A stretch of 63,362 bases of DNA, the filler included, from Octopus bimaculoides (lineage: Eukaryota): assembly GCF_001194135.2 (NCBI RefSeq). It is 6 parts of 6 records of this genome, joined end to end, with 100 filler letters (N's around TTAATTAATTAA, not from the genome) between each part and the next. Parts side by side here need not be neighbours in the genome. Positions count along the whole stretch, not along the records: positions 1 to 16,274 come from NC_068985.1; 5 more parts are not named here. One strand, 5' to 3'. Positions 1-14,557 of this stretch are shown here, piece after piece; positions within the stretch are counted from its first letter, which is position 1, and each line of letters opens with the position of its first letter. The position numbers were made by a program, and so were the translations under genes. Under the pieces are notes generated by a model. That model was not told the DNA's origin, searched no databases, and worked only from the letters and a program-made list of their open reading frames with translations.

Positions 1-212
1 GTGTATGTTTATCTTTGTGTGTTTGTCCTCCCAACATCGCTTGACAACAAATGGTGGTGTGTTTGCGTCACCGTCACCTAGTGGTTCAGCAAAAGAGACC
101 GATAGGATAAGTACTAGGCTTACAAAGAATAATTCCTGTGGTCGATTTGCTCGACTATAGGCGGTGCTCCAGTATGGCCGCAGTAAAATAACTGAAACTA
201 ATAAAAGAGTAA
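1..212 (+). mobile_element. SINE family A, 3' half (continues off window start)
   Basis: cgcttgacaac...gataggataagtactaggcttacaaagaataattcctgtggtcgatttgctcgac...ggcggtgctccagtatggccgcag...aagagtaag matches the 3' halves at 16531-16770, 50740-50922 and (inverted) 56822-57020. Confidence 0.9.
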
Positions 213-313
213 GTAAATGAGTGGAAACTTTCCCGATGAAACACAAACCCGCACATCCATCCATCCATACATACATACATATATACACACATACACACAT
301 ACATACATACGTC

Positions 314-345
<32 letters not shown>

Positions 346-392
346 CATACTCACACAGACACAAACACACATGTACGCATATATATAGGACA

Positions 393-550
393 GATGCCTT
401 TCAGTTTCCGTCTACCAAATCCACACAAATGGCTTTGGTCTCCTGAGGCTAGAGTACAAGACACTTGCCACATGTGCCACACAGTGGGACTGAACATGGA
501 ACCATGTAGTTGGTAAGCAAACGACTTACCACACAGCCTGTCTTGCGCTT
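393..550 (-). mobile_element. SINE family A, 5' half with tRNA-like head
   Basis: Reverse complement reads aagcgcaagacaggctgtgtggtaag...ggttccatgttcagtcccactg...ggcaagtgtcttg. A/B-box-like head plus a CORE-like gggcaagtg segment; homologous to 50558-50700. Confidence 0.88.
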
Positions 551-1296
551 ATATATAAGTCTGAATAGGCTTGCGAGGGTATATGTGCGCATGCGTATCT
601 CTGTGTATTTATACGTCTCAAATTGTTAATGTATTGTTTATATATTAATGGTCAAATCATCTAGTATATATTCTGTTGTTTTGCGTGTATTACTTTTTGT
701 TTTAGCTGTGAAAATAGTTATTAATTTTTAGAAATCTAGACAAGATTCATAATGCTTTTCTTGGGCATGCGTTTATAAATATTTGACAATGATGCATCAT
801 CGAATTTGGTTTTGAAAAGATGTCTATGCGTTTGTACATTAGAAAAACAACTACACCAATGTAACAAAAACAGGCCAATTAACAAAAACAAAAAATTAAT
901 GGTTTCTAAAATAAAATAAGATGTGTAACTATTTATCTCAACATGCCTCTGATACCCAGAACAGAGGAAAAAAGTGTTACCAATCGTTTTTCATGAAAAT
1001 TTTGGCCTTAATATAATACTGTTTTTTTTTTTTTTCATGCCAAAGTTTCTAGAAGAACCAAGTCTTACTGAATCTGATTTGGAATTTGCATTTGATATAC
1101 TGAGAGAAAAGGCATAAAAATATCACCGTTGAGACATGTTGCAAAATATATTTATTCTAACAAAATAACGTTTTTATCAGTTATTTGCTAACACACCTGT
1201 TCATTCTCAGGGGAACTGAGAAAAAAGTTTCGATGTACGTATATACACGGAGACAAACAAACACAAACACACACACACACACATACCATATATGTA

Positions 1297-1341
<45 letters not shown>

Positions 1342-1774
1342 NNNNNNNNNNNNNNNNNNNNNNNNNNNNNNNNNNNNNNNNNNNNNNNNNNNNNNNNNNN
1401 NNNNNNNNNNNNNNNNNNNNNNNNNNNNNNNNNNNNNNNNNNNNNNNNNNNNNNNNNNNNNNNNNNNNNNNNNNNNNNNNNNNNNNNNNNNNNNNNNNNN
1501 NNNNNNNNNNNNNNNNNNNNNNNNNNNNNNNNNNNNNNNNNNNNNNNNNNNNNNNNNNNNNNNNNNNNNNNNNNNNNNNNNNNNNNNNNNNNNNNNNNNN
1601 NNNNNNNNNNNNNNNNNNNNNNNNNNNNNNNNNNNNNNNNNNNNNNNNNNNNNNNNNNNNNNNNNNNNNNNNNNNNNNNNNNNNNNNNNNNNNNNNNNNN
1701 NNNNNNNNNNNNNNNNNNNNNNNNNNNNNNNNNNNNNNNNNNNNNNNNNNNNNNNNNNNNNNNNNNNNNNNNNN

Positions 1775-1809
<35 letters not shown>

Positions 1810-2284
1810 TACATAATTATTTCTTTGTCTGTATGTCTACCTGCAAAATGTTATTTAAAAAATTCTATTTTGGTGTAATATTATGGCTGACATTCACTTT
1901 AACCTTGAACGCCATACCTCTCTGAATCCGATTACAAGATACGTAACCCGCCACTCTTGCAAATGAGTCGAAAGAACATGAATATTTTATGTATGACGTT
2001 AAAGTTTTCGTAAGATTTACATTCATAAGCTGTGGAAAACAAAGCTTAATTCCTTTGTATATATTAATGCTACATCACTATATGAAACATATATCTCTCG
2101 TAGATGAAATGGATTATCTAATCGTATGTCATAGTTATTCATTAAGAACTAAGGTTCGAAACTCGTCAGCGAAAGAAGAATATTTTGGTGGGGTGAGTGT
2201 TGACTTCATCACATTTCTCCGGAGAAAAAGAGACGATCAATGTAGTGGAAACACCATTCCTCACCTGAGCCAAAGTAGGCCAAG

Positions 2285-2540
2285 CCTTTTTAATTCGTAA
2301 GTAAAGTGATGACCTCAGATATTAGAGGATTCAAAAGTAATCTTAAAATGGCCCACGCCGTCAATGGAGAATGGCATGACAAATTGTTGAGGCAGTTAGG
2401 AAAGGCTATCGAGACCAGACACTCAGGAAAACTGACGAATGGGGCCCTGTTCTATCAAAACAAAGTCCCCGCGTAGATGTTTTGCGTGGCTGTCATTTTG
2501 AATTGGTGGATTGGCCTGCGTATACTCCTGATTGTCCCGT
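2285..2540 (+). mobile_element. Degenerate mariner (DD34D-type) transposase fragment
   Basis: 2360-2477 translates VNGEWHDKLLRQLGKAIETRHSGKLTNGALFYQNKVPA* and ~2495-2540 translates HFELVDWPAYTPDCP. These resemble mariner motifs INGEYY..LL.QL..AI...RPGKL..GVLFHQDNAPAH and FELVDHPPYSPDLAP. Stops and frameshifts present. Confidence 0.8.
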
Positions 2541-4609
2541 ATTATATATAAAACGGACTTCTACGCACATGTTACCCTTGATTTTTCCTTAAGTTTTATA
2601 TTACATTAACGACTTGTGTAGATTTAGTGTATCAAGTAGAGATAGAATCTGTGCTTTGTATAAATCTACAGGAAAAGGCTCCTAACGACCCTCATCCAGT
2701 GAGTTCTTTACAACTCATTATCATGTAAAATTATACAAAATCAGCAAACGTTAGTAATTGTATATATCAAGAAAATATAAATAAACCAAGCCTTCTTTAA
2801 TCATGAACAATTTGATAGAGAGCTATATAAGATTACAAGAAACTGTGGCTTGTAAGCCAAGCTAAAATTAGCGTTTAATACAATCGTCCGGATAATACCT
2901 GACATTGTGAAATTATTTAGTGAGATCAAATAATGCATCTGAATGCCTGTTCCGATTACAAAAATATATTCGTCGCTAATACTATTCACATTCAACAAAG
3001 CTCAGAGGAGGGCATCATTGCAGTGCCCCTCACACACCTCAGATGACGCTGTCACTACGCACACAGGCACACCAGGCAGCATCCAAGCAAAAGACGTTCG
3101 ACTTATTTCCATTATGAAATTCCTATTCACTAAATGGCAATATCTAATGTAAGCCGTCCCTTCATACTTAGTTTATGTCACATCGTGACATACATTTAAA
3201 TGACTCTACATAGATATTCCGATGTCACTGAATATGGTCGTCTTGCAACATATACTGTACCAATTACAAATTTATTATAGTATTCACCTTATTAAATTTT
3301 TCCCTCCAAACGTAAAACATCAGTGCAAAGTCCAGGATATGAACTTAATGTGTAATTTTATGAAGTTAGGAAATGTAAGTGAATTTAATATTAAAATACC
3401 GTTACCACAACTTGAATGCAAACACGTTTGTTCAAACTTGAACAATTTTCTCATCAACGACAATCTTGTTTTGGGCACCAAAATTGTCAACTGGTTTACA
3501 GAACATTCTCTGTTATTGATTACACTATCAAAGGAAATAATCAACATTTAATCAAAAATTATTATCAAGCTGTCAACCCATGCTTCTGATCATCAACAGC
3601 ATCGCAACGAGCTGCCCAACAACAACTGTAAGCTACATAAAAGCCAAACTTCTAAAATTGCTATATTAAATCTCTCAATTATACGCCATTGCTCAGAGGT
3701 GCATTTCTATAAAAAGATGATGGCCTATCTATCTCTCAAATCATAAACCACACAATATTTTTTTGAAAAATGTAGACAAATAGATAGCAGAGTTAGCGAG
3801 AAGAATGTGTATGTAAGAGAAGAATTCAAATCACGATATTTATGTCGAAATGACCTGCCCATATTACGTGCTTCTATTAATAATGTTCCATAAAACGGTC
3901 TGCTAAGCGCTGACTGGTTTCTCCATTATAAAATATGGCACAAAATCAGAATGTAATGCAGTAAATAATATTTTTCTTGGTGCGTGTGAAAGTTTGGAGT
4001 TACGTTCAAAATATATATAATCAGGTTCGAGGATGTTTCAACAAGGCGAGTGCAGTCGAATTATCCATATTCGTAGGTGTTACAGCGTCAATGTTTCGGT
4101 AGAATTAACAACATCGAAGGTCGTTGCCGCAATTTGGAACAATTGGGTTGTGAATTCGAAGTAAAGACCGTAGTAAAGGCTGAGTCGGATGAGAATTGAA
4201 TTTTGGGTTGAAATTGAATGGAAGAAAATTTACATGGCATTAAATCCGTTATCAATAGCAATGGAATGTTTGAAGTAATTTAAAGTAGTAGCGATTTATG
4301 GTTGAAGGGACACAAAAAGAAAATACGTTGCTACTATGATTTGAAAGCTACATGGGTGAGGGGAAGAAACATATTATTCTTTTAACGTTTTTGCACAGAC
4401 TCTAAACGAAAGAGTTTATATCGGAGTGAATTATAGTATACAGTGCCTTTGTCTGGTGACAGGACGTGCTAGAATTAGGAAACAAATATCGTTGAATTTA
4501 CACTTGAAACGAGATGAACGTAGTAGCATTAATAGAAACGTGCACATATCTATGATCTTTTAAAATTATTGACAGTTGAAACATTAATCTGCTCAACAGA
4601 AAACAATAA

Positions 4610-4760
4610 GGCGTGGAGTGTGGCCTAGCGTTTAGAGTGCTAGGCTCATGAACGTTAGATTAAAGCTTCAATTTATCGTGTTCTTGAGCAAAACAATTCA
4701 TTTCAAGTTGCTCCGGTTCACCCATGTGGCAAAAATGAGTAATTATGTAGTACTGGCCAG
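4610..4760 (+). mobile_element. SINE family C, head and CORE-like segment
   Basis: ggcgtggagtgtggcctagcgtttagagtgc (A-box-like) followed by gtgttcttgagcaaaacaattcatttcaagttgctcc; same block at 27462-27560 and, inverted, at 20420-20600, 34545-34625 and 40215-40432. Confidence 0.8.
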
Positions 4761-5104
4761 TGGGTAGATATATACTGTTCATGTCATAGATATACATAAG
4801 TCACGGAAAGCAGGACAGCGGCACTTATGAGTCCATAAGTCTGGTGAAGAATGCTTTTTTATAGCTGTCAATAATAATGGATCTGAAGTGATGAGAAGCA
4901 AGCTTCTTAACACACAAACATGCATGCACTTTATTCATGATTTTCATTAATGTTATATATTTATTTATATCGAGTATAAATAAATAAACGTCAGATAAAT
5001 ATTCTCGTATACATTTGGAATAAGGTCTGAATTAAGACGAGATGGACGTTTTGAATTTCATCGACACCAGTGCTCAAATAGTAATTTATTGATACTTTTC
5101 TACT

Positions 5105-5320
5105 TTAGGCACAAGGCCCAAAAGTTTGGGGTTGGGGCCAGTCGATTAGATCGACCTCAGTAAGCAACTGGTACTTAATGTTTCGACCCCGAAAGGAAGA
5201 AAAGGAAACTCGACCTCGGAGGAATCTGAACTCAGAAACGGACGATACGCTATTAGCATTTTTCCTGGGGTAATAACGATTCTGCCAGCTCACCGCTTTA
5301 ACGTCAGATAGACACTGAAT
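5105..5320 (-). mobile_element. SINE family B (MetaSINE-like core)
   Basis: Minus strand: aagcggtgagctggcagaatcgtt...ctgagttcagattcctccgaggtcgagtttccttttcttcctttcggggtcgaaacattaagtaccagtt, resembling the Meta-domain pattern CCGAGGTNGAC..GCCTTNCATCCTTNCG.GGTCG.TAAA...AGTACCAG. Confidence 0.85.
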
Positions 5321-6664
5321 GATAAAAAAACAAATAAAGTAGCGTTCTTAATACATCGGGACAAAACACCTTAGATATATTGTCGGGTAGGTAGTGTTCG
5401 TATGAACCATAAAATGATTTGCAACATGACTTCATAGTTTTCAACAGTTATACGTATATTTTATTGAGATTTTCCTTAATTTTGCATTGGAATACTTTTG
5501 TGAGTCATAATATTTTACCAAGCAATGAAATTTCGACACATTTTATAAGCGAAAAAGAAAGAAAAAAATAAAGAAAGAAAGAAAGAAAGGAAGAAAGAAA
5601 GAAAGGAAGGAAGAAAGATAGAAAGAATCCCGACTACACCTTGTGAAGGAGAGTACTTTAAAATATTGCTTCATGAAAATATATAAAAAACACATATATA
5701 TATTTTACATACAGAGTAAATCTATGGATAAGAATCAGAATAGAATTTGAATGTGAATTTTATTAGTGTTGTTGAGAAATAGATGTTATCAACTCCACTG
5801 CCATTTAAAAAAATATATATATATATTTGCGAACAAAAAGAAAGGAATATAAGAATAGAACATGAAATGGTATAGAAAGAAGAACGTATAACAGGCAGCA
5901 TTTCTTCAGAATCAACCTGAAGATGAAGTGACAATGATAAATAAAACAAGCGCATACGTTTATTATACATTCAAACGCATTCTATGAAAAAGTGTTGAAT
6001 TCCTGTTTATCTGTAATCGCACACACAGTTCTTTCTCTCTATCTTATATATATATATGTATGCGTGCGTGCGTGCGTATATGTATATGTATATATATATA
6101 TACATGTGTGTGTGTAATATTTCTTTTTTTTTTCACGCATATGCATATATGTGTGAAACCGTATGCATGTGTGGAGTATCGGAAGTAAGAATAAATTTCG
6201 ATTCAATCTTGCTTTTCAAATATATTTCATATCTTCGTAAAGTTTCAGTTTATCTACGAGAGTAAAATACTTTAGTCTTTCGTCAATATTTTTAGAACTT
6301 CATAGTCTCTTCTATTGAACAGTGAGACATTCGCGTGTGTTAATCTCTTTTTCAAAGTGACAAGTCCAATGGGACTCATGCAGACGTAGAAGATGGATTT
6401 CGAAGTTTCAACATTAAATATCTACATCAAGGTTTTCCTATTACTTTTCGACTCCACTGTTCTATGCTCTATGCATGTTTACTATAGCATCTTCGTATGA
6501 TATACAAATTCCTCATATAATTGATTGTCTAAATAACTGTCTAAAATACAAAATACCGATATAACATTTTCCTATCGCTTTTTGATCATAGTTGCAAGAC
6601 GAACTGAAGAGTAATGGAACATTCTTCGAGGCGTGCTATGACAAAGCATTTATGTGTCATTGTC

Positions 6665-6860
6665 TGTTAACTTTCATTGGTTTCAGTCACTCAGCGGCGG
6701 CCATGATGGGCGCCACTTTGAAATGTTATGTCATATAACATGACACGTTTACATATTTTTAAAGACGGTGCTTTTTCGAAGTTTTGTATTTCGAGTGACA
6801 GGAGGTGAAAAAACCAATACAGGCTTGTAAGTGGTGGGGCAAGAGACACTACAACACACA
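6665..6860 (-). mobile_element. SINE family A, old degenerate 3' half
   Basis: tttcagtcactcagcggcggccatgatgggcgccac and acaggaggtgaaaaaaccaatacaggcttgtaagtggtggggcaagagacac align loosely with inverted family A. Confidence 0.55.
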
Positions 6861-6898
6861 CGCAAACATTTATAAATATATATTTATATATGTATGCA

Positions 6899-6932
<34 letters not shown>

Positions 6933-7358
6933 NNNNNNNNNNNNNNNNNNNNNNNNNNNNNNNNNNNNNNNNNNNNNNNNNNNNNNNNNNNNNNNNNNNN
7001 NNNNNNNNNNNNNNNNNNNNNNNNNNNNNNNNNNNNNNNNNNNNNNNNNNNNNNNNNNNNNNNNNNNNNNNNNNNNNNNNNNNNNNNNNNNNNNNNNNNN
7101 NNNNNNNNNNNNNNNNNNNNNNNNNNNNNNNNNNNNNNNNNNNNNNNNNNNNNNNNNNNNNNNNNNNNNNNNNNNNNNNNNNNNNNNNNNNNNNNNNNNN
7201 NNNNNNNNNNNNNNNNNNNNNNNNNNNNNNNNNNNNNNNNNNNNNNNNNNNNNNNNNNNNNNNNNNNNNNNNNNNNNNNNNNNNNNNNNNNNNNNNNNNN
7301 NNNNNNNNNNNNNNNNNNNNNNNNNNNNNNNNNNNNNNNNNNNNNNNNNNNNNNNNNN

Positions 7359-7395
<37 letters not shown>

Positions 7396-8353
7396 TAAAT
7401 ATAGATAGATATGCAGACAAAGATATAACTAGACAGACTCTCTTCCAACTTCGGCGTTTTAGAATTCCGCTGTGGATATTTCACCCGGAATATTTTGCAT
7501 GATTAAGAAGGGCGACCAGTTCTATTATTGGTATTATCAAATTTGTCCTTTGCCGCTTTATCATTCACAATCTACCTTATACACCTTATCTGTTTCTTTC
7601 GAAATTGCGACTGCTTTAATGTTGACTATATTTCAGTGAAATTTACCTCTCCTAAGGCTTTCTCTGACAAAACGTCACTGCCATTTATATTACCAATCTT
7701 AAAGTGCTACATTAACATATATACAATCCTTACCCAGTCATTTGACTTACGTCATTATTCAGAAGATATTTACTATAATGCAAATTATTTCTTTTAATTC
7801 TACATAGAGAAATCCAATGTTTATAGCAGCGATTTGCTTTTTACTCTGTTTTCTATGCAATTCTGTAAATCATTAAGTTATACCACCAGTAGCGAATACA
7901 TTTGTGTACCATTCTATAGAAATGTTTTGTATCAGACATGATGGATAATTCATTTAGTATTATGCACGTCTCTTTAAATACCCATCCATATTCACTTCGG
8001 AATACTAATGTTAATCAACTCCAATTAATTTCGTTAAATATTCGAAAAAATACCAAGAATGGGAATCAATTTCAGATTAGTAAGTATCGTATCGATAACG
8101 AGATATTAATAATCGATACACGCACGCACACACACACACACAGACACACACACACACACATACACACACACACAGACACACACACACACACACACATATA
8201 GCTAAAAGCTTACAAAATGATTACAAGCCAGAGATTTCATGAATGGTAAGAGAGAGTTGTGCCATGCAGGAATATCTTGAGATTTCTTCTGCCCATTTGA
8301 AGAATGCGTATATATATGCATTGAAACTAGATAAAATTTAAAAAAATGAAAAA

Positions 8354-8393
<40 letters not shown>

Positions 8394-8789
8394 GGGTGTG
8401 CGTGTGGTGTGCTTCTATGTATGTGCATATGAGTGTATATTATCTAATAATTTTGACTAGGTTCCATGTAACTTGAAATTTGGTAGGCTCATAGAACGAA
8501 CCTAACTTTTCATTTGTCTAGCGTGAATAATATTATATGAGATGAATTAGAGGTGGCTTCTAAATGCTAGGCAACTAGCAGCCGATGTAATAATGGTTTC
8601 ATTGTTTCATAATTCATCATCATTGAGTGTACACTCACGTGGCATGACAGGGTAATTGTTGGTATCTGCTGCCATATTATCTGGAAAATGCGTTAATTTT
8701 TTTTCTCATGCTTTTCCCATTCACTCACTTGCATATGTATATATGCATATATAAGTTATATATATACGCATTCATAGGCAAAAGATACA

Positions 8790-8796
8790 TAGATAT

Positions 8797-8844
<48 letters not shown>

Positions 8845-8853
8845 ATAGCTAGC

Positions 8854-8893
<40 letters not shown>

Positions 8894-8895
8894 AA
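8790..8895. repeat. (GATA)n microsatellite
   Basis: Direct inspection. Confidence 0.98.
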
Positions 8896-11408
8896 AATAG
8901 ATTATTTTCTGTAACAAACTTGTTATTTGAAGACGCTGACAGTCATTCAACAGTGTATTGCTCTGAAACTACTACACTCAATATTTCACATTAATGTCTG
9001 ACATAATGTTTGGGGCACTTAGGCAAACGACCAGTAATTCCTAAGGCGGCAAAACGTCTTACGCTGTCGTCCGTGTATTTCAATAACTTTAGACTAAATA
9101 TATCCGTACCGTCTGAAAATTCAAACATTTTTTTCCAAGGACGGCTGTAAACAACTAAAATGACCTAGAACGCTAGAACTTAACATGCATGCACAGTAGC
9201 CTTCAATGCTAATCTGTACCAAGCGGCTTCATTCTGCGTGTTTTAGCTTGGTTCATATGGGAACACTCCGGATATCAGACCACGTAAGCTGAAAACCAGA
9301 ATAATGAAACATCATTTAAACACAATATTATAATGTTAGCTAATATACTGCTGATTATATTAATTGATTCCGGGAACAACAAATATGCTTACGTCATAAA
9401 TATTGTATTCTTAGCCGTTACGAAACCTTCCAAATAGTGAGGAACTACGAAAATAATTAGTACGATATATGATCATTTACCAATTAAATGGATTCCTAAT
9501 AAATATCAACTACAAAAATGCATTACAATCCAAATAAATAAATACAGAGTAGCTGATATCAGATGTGAAGAAAATGGAATATCGTTTGTTCCGGTTATTC
9601 TCAATGAGGGCCCATTATCAGATCTGAAATATCAGTCCAGCGTCTGATAAGCAGCAACGTTTATTACGGAATAAACAATACACTGTGCACCAAAAACAAT
9701 TATTCTGTAAGTGATTAATAGATCTTTGTATAGATAATTTTAGATTGAGCATAATTATAATACATAAGCAGAACTGATAATGAATATTATAATAGTAGCA
9801 CTTGACTGAAATATACTTATTATGAAGAGATACTAATTCAATAATGAAATACTAACTGGGATGAAGAAGTTTGGAATATCTCATTCTCAACGTTTATAAT
9901 ATTACTTTTGTAAGTGAACCTGATAGGTAATAAATTAGCGATAGCATCACCTTTTACAAAGGAAGATAAAAAACAAAGCATAAACAAGTACTTTAGTCAG
10001 GATTAACAAATCATGACAAACTTATTAGATTGAGAGTGATAATTACTTGGTGAAAAGAAATATATACAGGTCCATCCATATATATAGATGATATATCTAT
10101 ATCAGAGGTATCAATTTTAAATTATAATAGTATCGTTAATCTACTAAAACTCGCAGTAATTGTAAATATGTGAAGAAATTATGCAGGTAATTGGGATTCG
10201 TTAAATATTGATTCGATTTGAATCAGTTTCATACAACTTGATATTTGTAATTGGGTATGGAAATGTAATTTCCCAAACATGTCATGCGTTTTATTAATTT
10301 CTTTTACGAAGATAAACTCTCCCAGCTAGTGAACCATCAGATTAACATTTAACTCATTCGTATAACTCTCGCACCACACATATATGTATAATATATCGCA
10401 ATGTAACGATATACGTTAAATGAGAACGTATTGATGTGTACACTCTGATATATTGACGTTATATATAACATGCTCTAGATCTATATGCACCTTCAAATTC
10501 TATCATATCAGTGATGATATATAAATAGACGAAACGTTAATTTCATTACATATATCCTCCAACAGATTCTCGTGTATTCCCATGATATCATGCATGAATA
10601 ACTACTACATTCAGAACTATAATAAAGTCACTTATCAATGAGTTTTAAGTATGTAACTATCAAAAAGGAAAGCAATTATTGAATTTTACACTATCTAAAA
10701 AATACTTATAAATTCCAAATTTAAAATAATATTTTTTTTTCAATGTGGTTTTCAAGCATTTTTAGTGCTGACAATTTCAACTTCACTACCCAATCACAAA
10801 ACTATTTTCCATTCTCGTTTATAAAATCACCTTGATTTCTTATAGTACTTCTTGAAATATAGACGTTCCCCAAATAATTGCAACGCTAATTTCTTCAGAC
10901 ACATCACCAAAAATCATTTCTCAAACTGAAAACATTAGGCCAACATCAGTTAAATTGTTTATTCCAGTATCCGTTGATATTATTTGTGCGTTGCCGAAGA
11001 AAAAGAGAGCTCAACAAGCAATGCGGTTTCAGTTTATTCACGTCAATGATATCGAACATAAACGGGTGCTTATAAGCATCGGTCATGGATTGTTTTAGCA
11101 TGCTACAGCCTCGTTGTCACTACATTCCTGACTCGAAGGGTGTTAAATTGAAATGGCTTTACGCTCCTTAGTGATATCGTGGTATAAACCCATGTCACAT
11201 TAATAATGATTTATCAGGTGATTGCATTCAATATAAGCGAGTGTTGACTAATACACGTTGCTATCTGCCGTACGTACTTTATCCAAATCTAATACCTGCA
11301 TATTTGCAATGATAACCATATTGAACAAGATAACTCCTGGAATAAAAGAGACACTGAACGGAGTTCTATAACTATTATTGAGGTTGCGATAAAGTACTTT
11401 GCATATTG

Positions 11409-11575
11409 CTCTCGTTCTTGTTGTTGTTCTACTGCATCTTGTTGTCGTTGTTGTTGTTGTTGTTGCTTTTCTTCTTCTTCTTCTTCTTCTTCTTCTTCTT
11501 CTTCTTCTTCTTCTTCTTCTTCTTCTTCTTCTCATTCTCCTTCTCCTTCCTCACACTGTTGCTGTTGTTGTTGTT
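11409..11575. repeat. Compound (GTT)n-(CTT)n trinucleotide microsatellite
   Basis: Direct inspection; source of the poly-R/L/F/K ORFs in the track. Confidence 0.98.
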
Positions 11576-11879
11576 AACAGGAACATCTTGATCGGATTGG
11601 GACGTATGAGGTGACAGTGGAATCACTAAATGACAAATTCTATTTCGCCATAAATGACGCAAGATCCACAAACAACAGATAAACGCATGCAGTTGTCCCT
11701 TGGTGTTCAAATGATGAGACATACCATTCTCAAAACAACCAAGGTGATGGTAAATGGTCCGGCTGAATGCATTAAAGCTAAAATGGAGAGAAGTTGCAAT
11801 CAAGTGAAGTAAGTGAACCGAAATGCATCACATATAGAGTAGATATAACGACATGTATGAGATGTGATGCTAAGTGTAT

Positions 11880-12060
11880 TCTTGTTTAACTGCACGTGGA
11901 CTACTGTTGATTTTTCCACATTTCTCCTTCTTTCTCTTTGGACTTCTCTGTTTCCGATGAAGAACTATGCTCGAAACGTTAACAGCAGCTCTCTTCCCTC
12001 ACCGAGCGTCAAATTGAGACATTGTTTATGTACGCCATCACGTTCGTTCTTTTCTCGAAT
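11880..12060 (+). mobile_element. Penelope-like terminal-repeat remnant, family P2, with degenerate hammerhead (11948-11985)
   Basis: ctgttt-CCGATGA-a-gaac-tat-gctc-GAAAC-GTT-aacag followed by ...ccgagcgtcaaattgagaca. Same unit, inverted, at 14900-15050, 35291-35460 and 55262-55435. Confidence 0.65.
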
Positions 12061-12879
12061 TTACATTTTCTCTATGTTTTCGTTCTTTGAATTGACTATT
12101 TGTATATATATATATGTATATATATTCGTTACATATTTCATTTGTAATACTAGAGATATATGTACAGAACAAGTGAATGGAATACTATGTAACAGAATAT
12201 CGTTATATGTGAACAATAAATATTTCAGACTTATGTGTCAGCTGATGTTTATCTAACTTGAATAAACATTTATAAAAGTGCTTTCTTATCCAATACATCT
12301 AATCCTCATCTGTTGTTAAGTAGCTTTAATAATTCGCATAAAACATGCGTATGTTTTGTTGATTGTTGAGAAAACTAAGCTAAAATTCGTATGATGTACT
12401 TAATTCATCATACCCATTCGAAGAAAGTGATGAATAAATTAGTTCTTTAAAGTAATTTATCATGTATATAGACCTACTGGTTCATAATAAATGACATTTA
12501 TCATCATTAAGCATTTACTATGCTAGCATAATTACAATATTTGCCGATATATAATATGAAAGACAGCTGGTGTAAATATCAATGTCATTTTCCTTTACTA
12601 AACAGGGATCCTTGTTGAGATATTGAGCGTTTACAGGTTATTTTGTGCATAACAGGGACTAGACTAGAATTTATTTGTTGAATTCATTTTTATTTAATGC
12701 ATTATGCATGCAACTATTATTGTATAAAATGTAGAGCATATTGCTATTTACACAAAAGTAGAAATACTTTCTGCGTTAAATTTCGAACTCTTTAATAATT
12801 AAACATTTAATCACACTCAATTCAGCGCCCTTGTTTCACAAGCTATAAAATTATTGTTATTGTTGTTTTTTTCCTTCCC

Positions 12880-12940
12880 GAGCCATGCTTGGTTAATAAA
12901 GGCCGGTTTCCCGGTTTCATTGGCGTATAGGTTATTTTTC
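12880..12940 (-). mobile_element. SINE 3' tail fragment (probably family C)
   Basis: gagccatgcttggttaataaaggccggtttcccggtttcattggcgtatagg; recognised by recall as an octopus SINE 3' end, not matched to a second copy in this window. Confidence 0.45.
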
Positions 12941-13117
12941 CTTATAAATGTCATGAAATCTACTCACAGCTTTGGCTTTGTTATCTCATTTTGTCTAATA
13001 TGTATGCATGCTAAAGGAAGAGCCACATTAGACTCCTCACACGTATCACTATCGAACAAAGAGTTTAATCACGGTCTGTCCATAGCTCTTGCTTAGCGTT
13101 ACCTGCCACTCTTTAGG

Positions 13118-13172
<55 letters not shown>

Positions 13173-13422
13173 GTCTATCTATATCTATCTATCTATCTAT
13201 CTATCTATCTGTCTATCTATCTATCTATCNNNNNNNNNNNNNNNNNNNNNNNNNNNNNNNNNNNNNNNNNNNNNNNNNNNNNNNNNNNNNNNNNNNNNNN
13301 NNNNNNNNNNNNNNNNNNNNNNNNNNNNNNNNNNNNNNNNNNNNNNNNNNNNNATAATCATAAATATACAGCGATTAGCATTGAGTTACTTCTCCAACAT
13401 ACTTCTTGTATATATATATAGG

Positions 13423-13492
<70 letters not shown>

Positions 13493-14061
13493 CTTGTGTG
13501 TGTGTGTGTATTTATGTTTATATGTATATGTGTGTATGTGTATATATATATATATATACACATACATACATACACACATACATACATATATATATATATA
13601 TATTTACATATATGCATGTATATATATAAATATATATACATATATATAAATATATATTCATGTATAACGTAAAAACGTTGAGGGAATGCACAGACGAAGA
13701 GAAAACAAACACAGAATGCCAAGTCGAATAGGATATAGTAAATGCATAGATGAATGGAAAATAGACACAGATGTTTCCCAACACTGTATCAGGCATCGAC
13801 CAGAGGATCAAACGTAATTTCGTGCTTTTAACGACAATATTACTTCATTTCTGGAGCCGTCCGGCAAGAGCTGCTATGACCGTAACATACAAGCACAAGA
13901 ACAGGCAATAAATTTATAAACAACCATACAGAATGGACATACGAAAATGAATAAATTTAATTCAAGACAAGACCGCCAGTGGACCGACGTGGAGTAAGGC
14001 GAAAAAAAGAAACAAACAGAATATGTCCTTCGGATGACGTCAAGCTTGCTGAAACGTTTAT

Positions 14062-14255
14062 ACACCAGGCGGAATGCTCAGCGGTATTTCACCTACCACT
14101 ACGTTCTGAGTTCAAATTCCGCCGAGATCGACTTTGCCTTTCATACTTTCGGAATCGATAAATTAAGTATCAGTTGCGTACTGGGGTCAATGTAGTCGAC
14201 TGGAGCCCTTCCTAAAATTTCGGGCTATGTGCAGAGAGTAGAAAAGAATATAGTC
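14062..14255 (+). mobile_element. SINE family B (MetaSINE-like), 5'-eroded
   Basis: aatgctcagcggtatttc...gttctgagttcaaattccgccgagatcgactttgcctttcatactttcggaatcgataaattaagtatcagtt...ctggggtcaatgtagtcgac. Confidence 0.88.
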
Positions 14256-14456
14256 TTAGGTCTACACGAAAATAAAGAATGTGTAACGCGAAGAGGGAAA
14301 ACCTAAAATATTGGAAAGAAATGGACAACAGATAGCAAAACAGGCTGAAGCGGGGACTAGAGAACATAAGCACGATAAAGTGAGGAGAAAGAGAGTAAAA
14401 GGAGGAGAAAAATGGTTGCGGATAGAGGGATACAGTGAGGGAAGAATAGGAAGAGT

Positions 14457-14557
<101 letters not shown>

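Noticed and set aside
10508-10545. GUGAUGA...GAAACGUU hammerhead-like spacing
   Set aside because: C3 is missing and there is no convincing stem I or II; compatible with chance.
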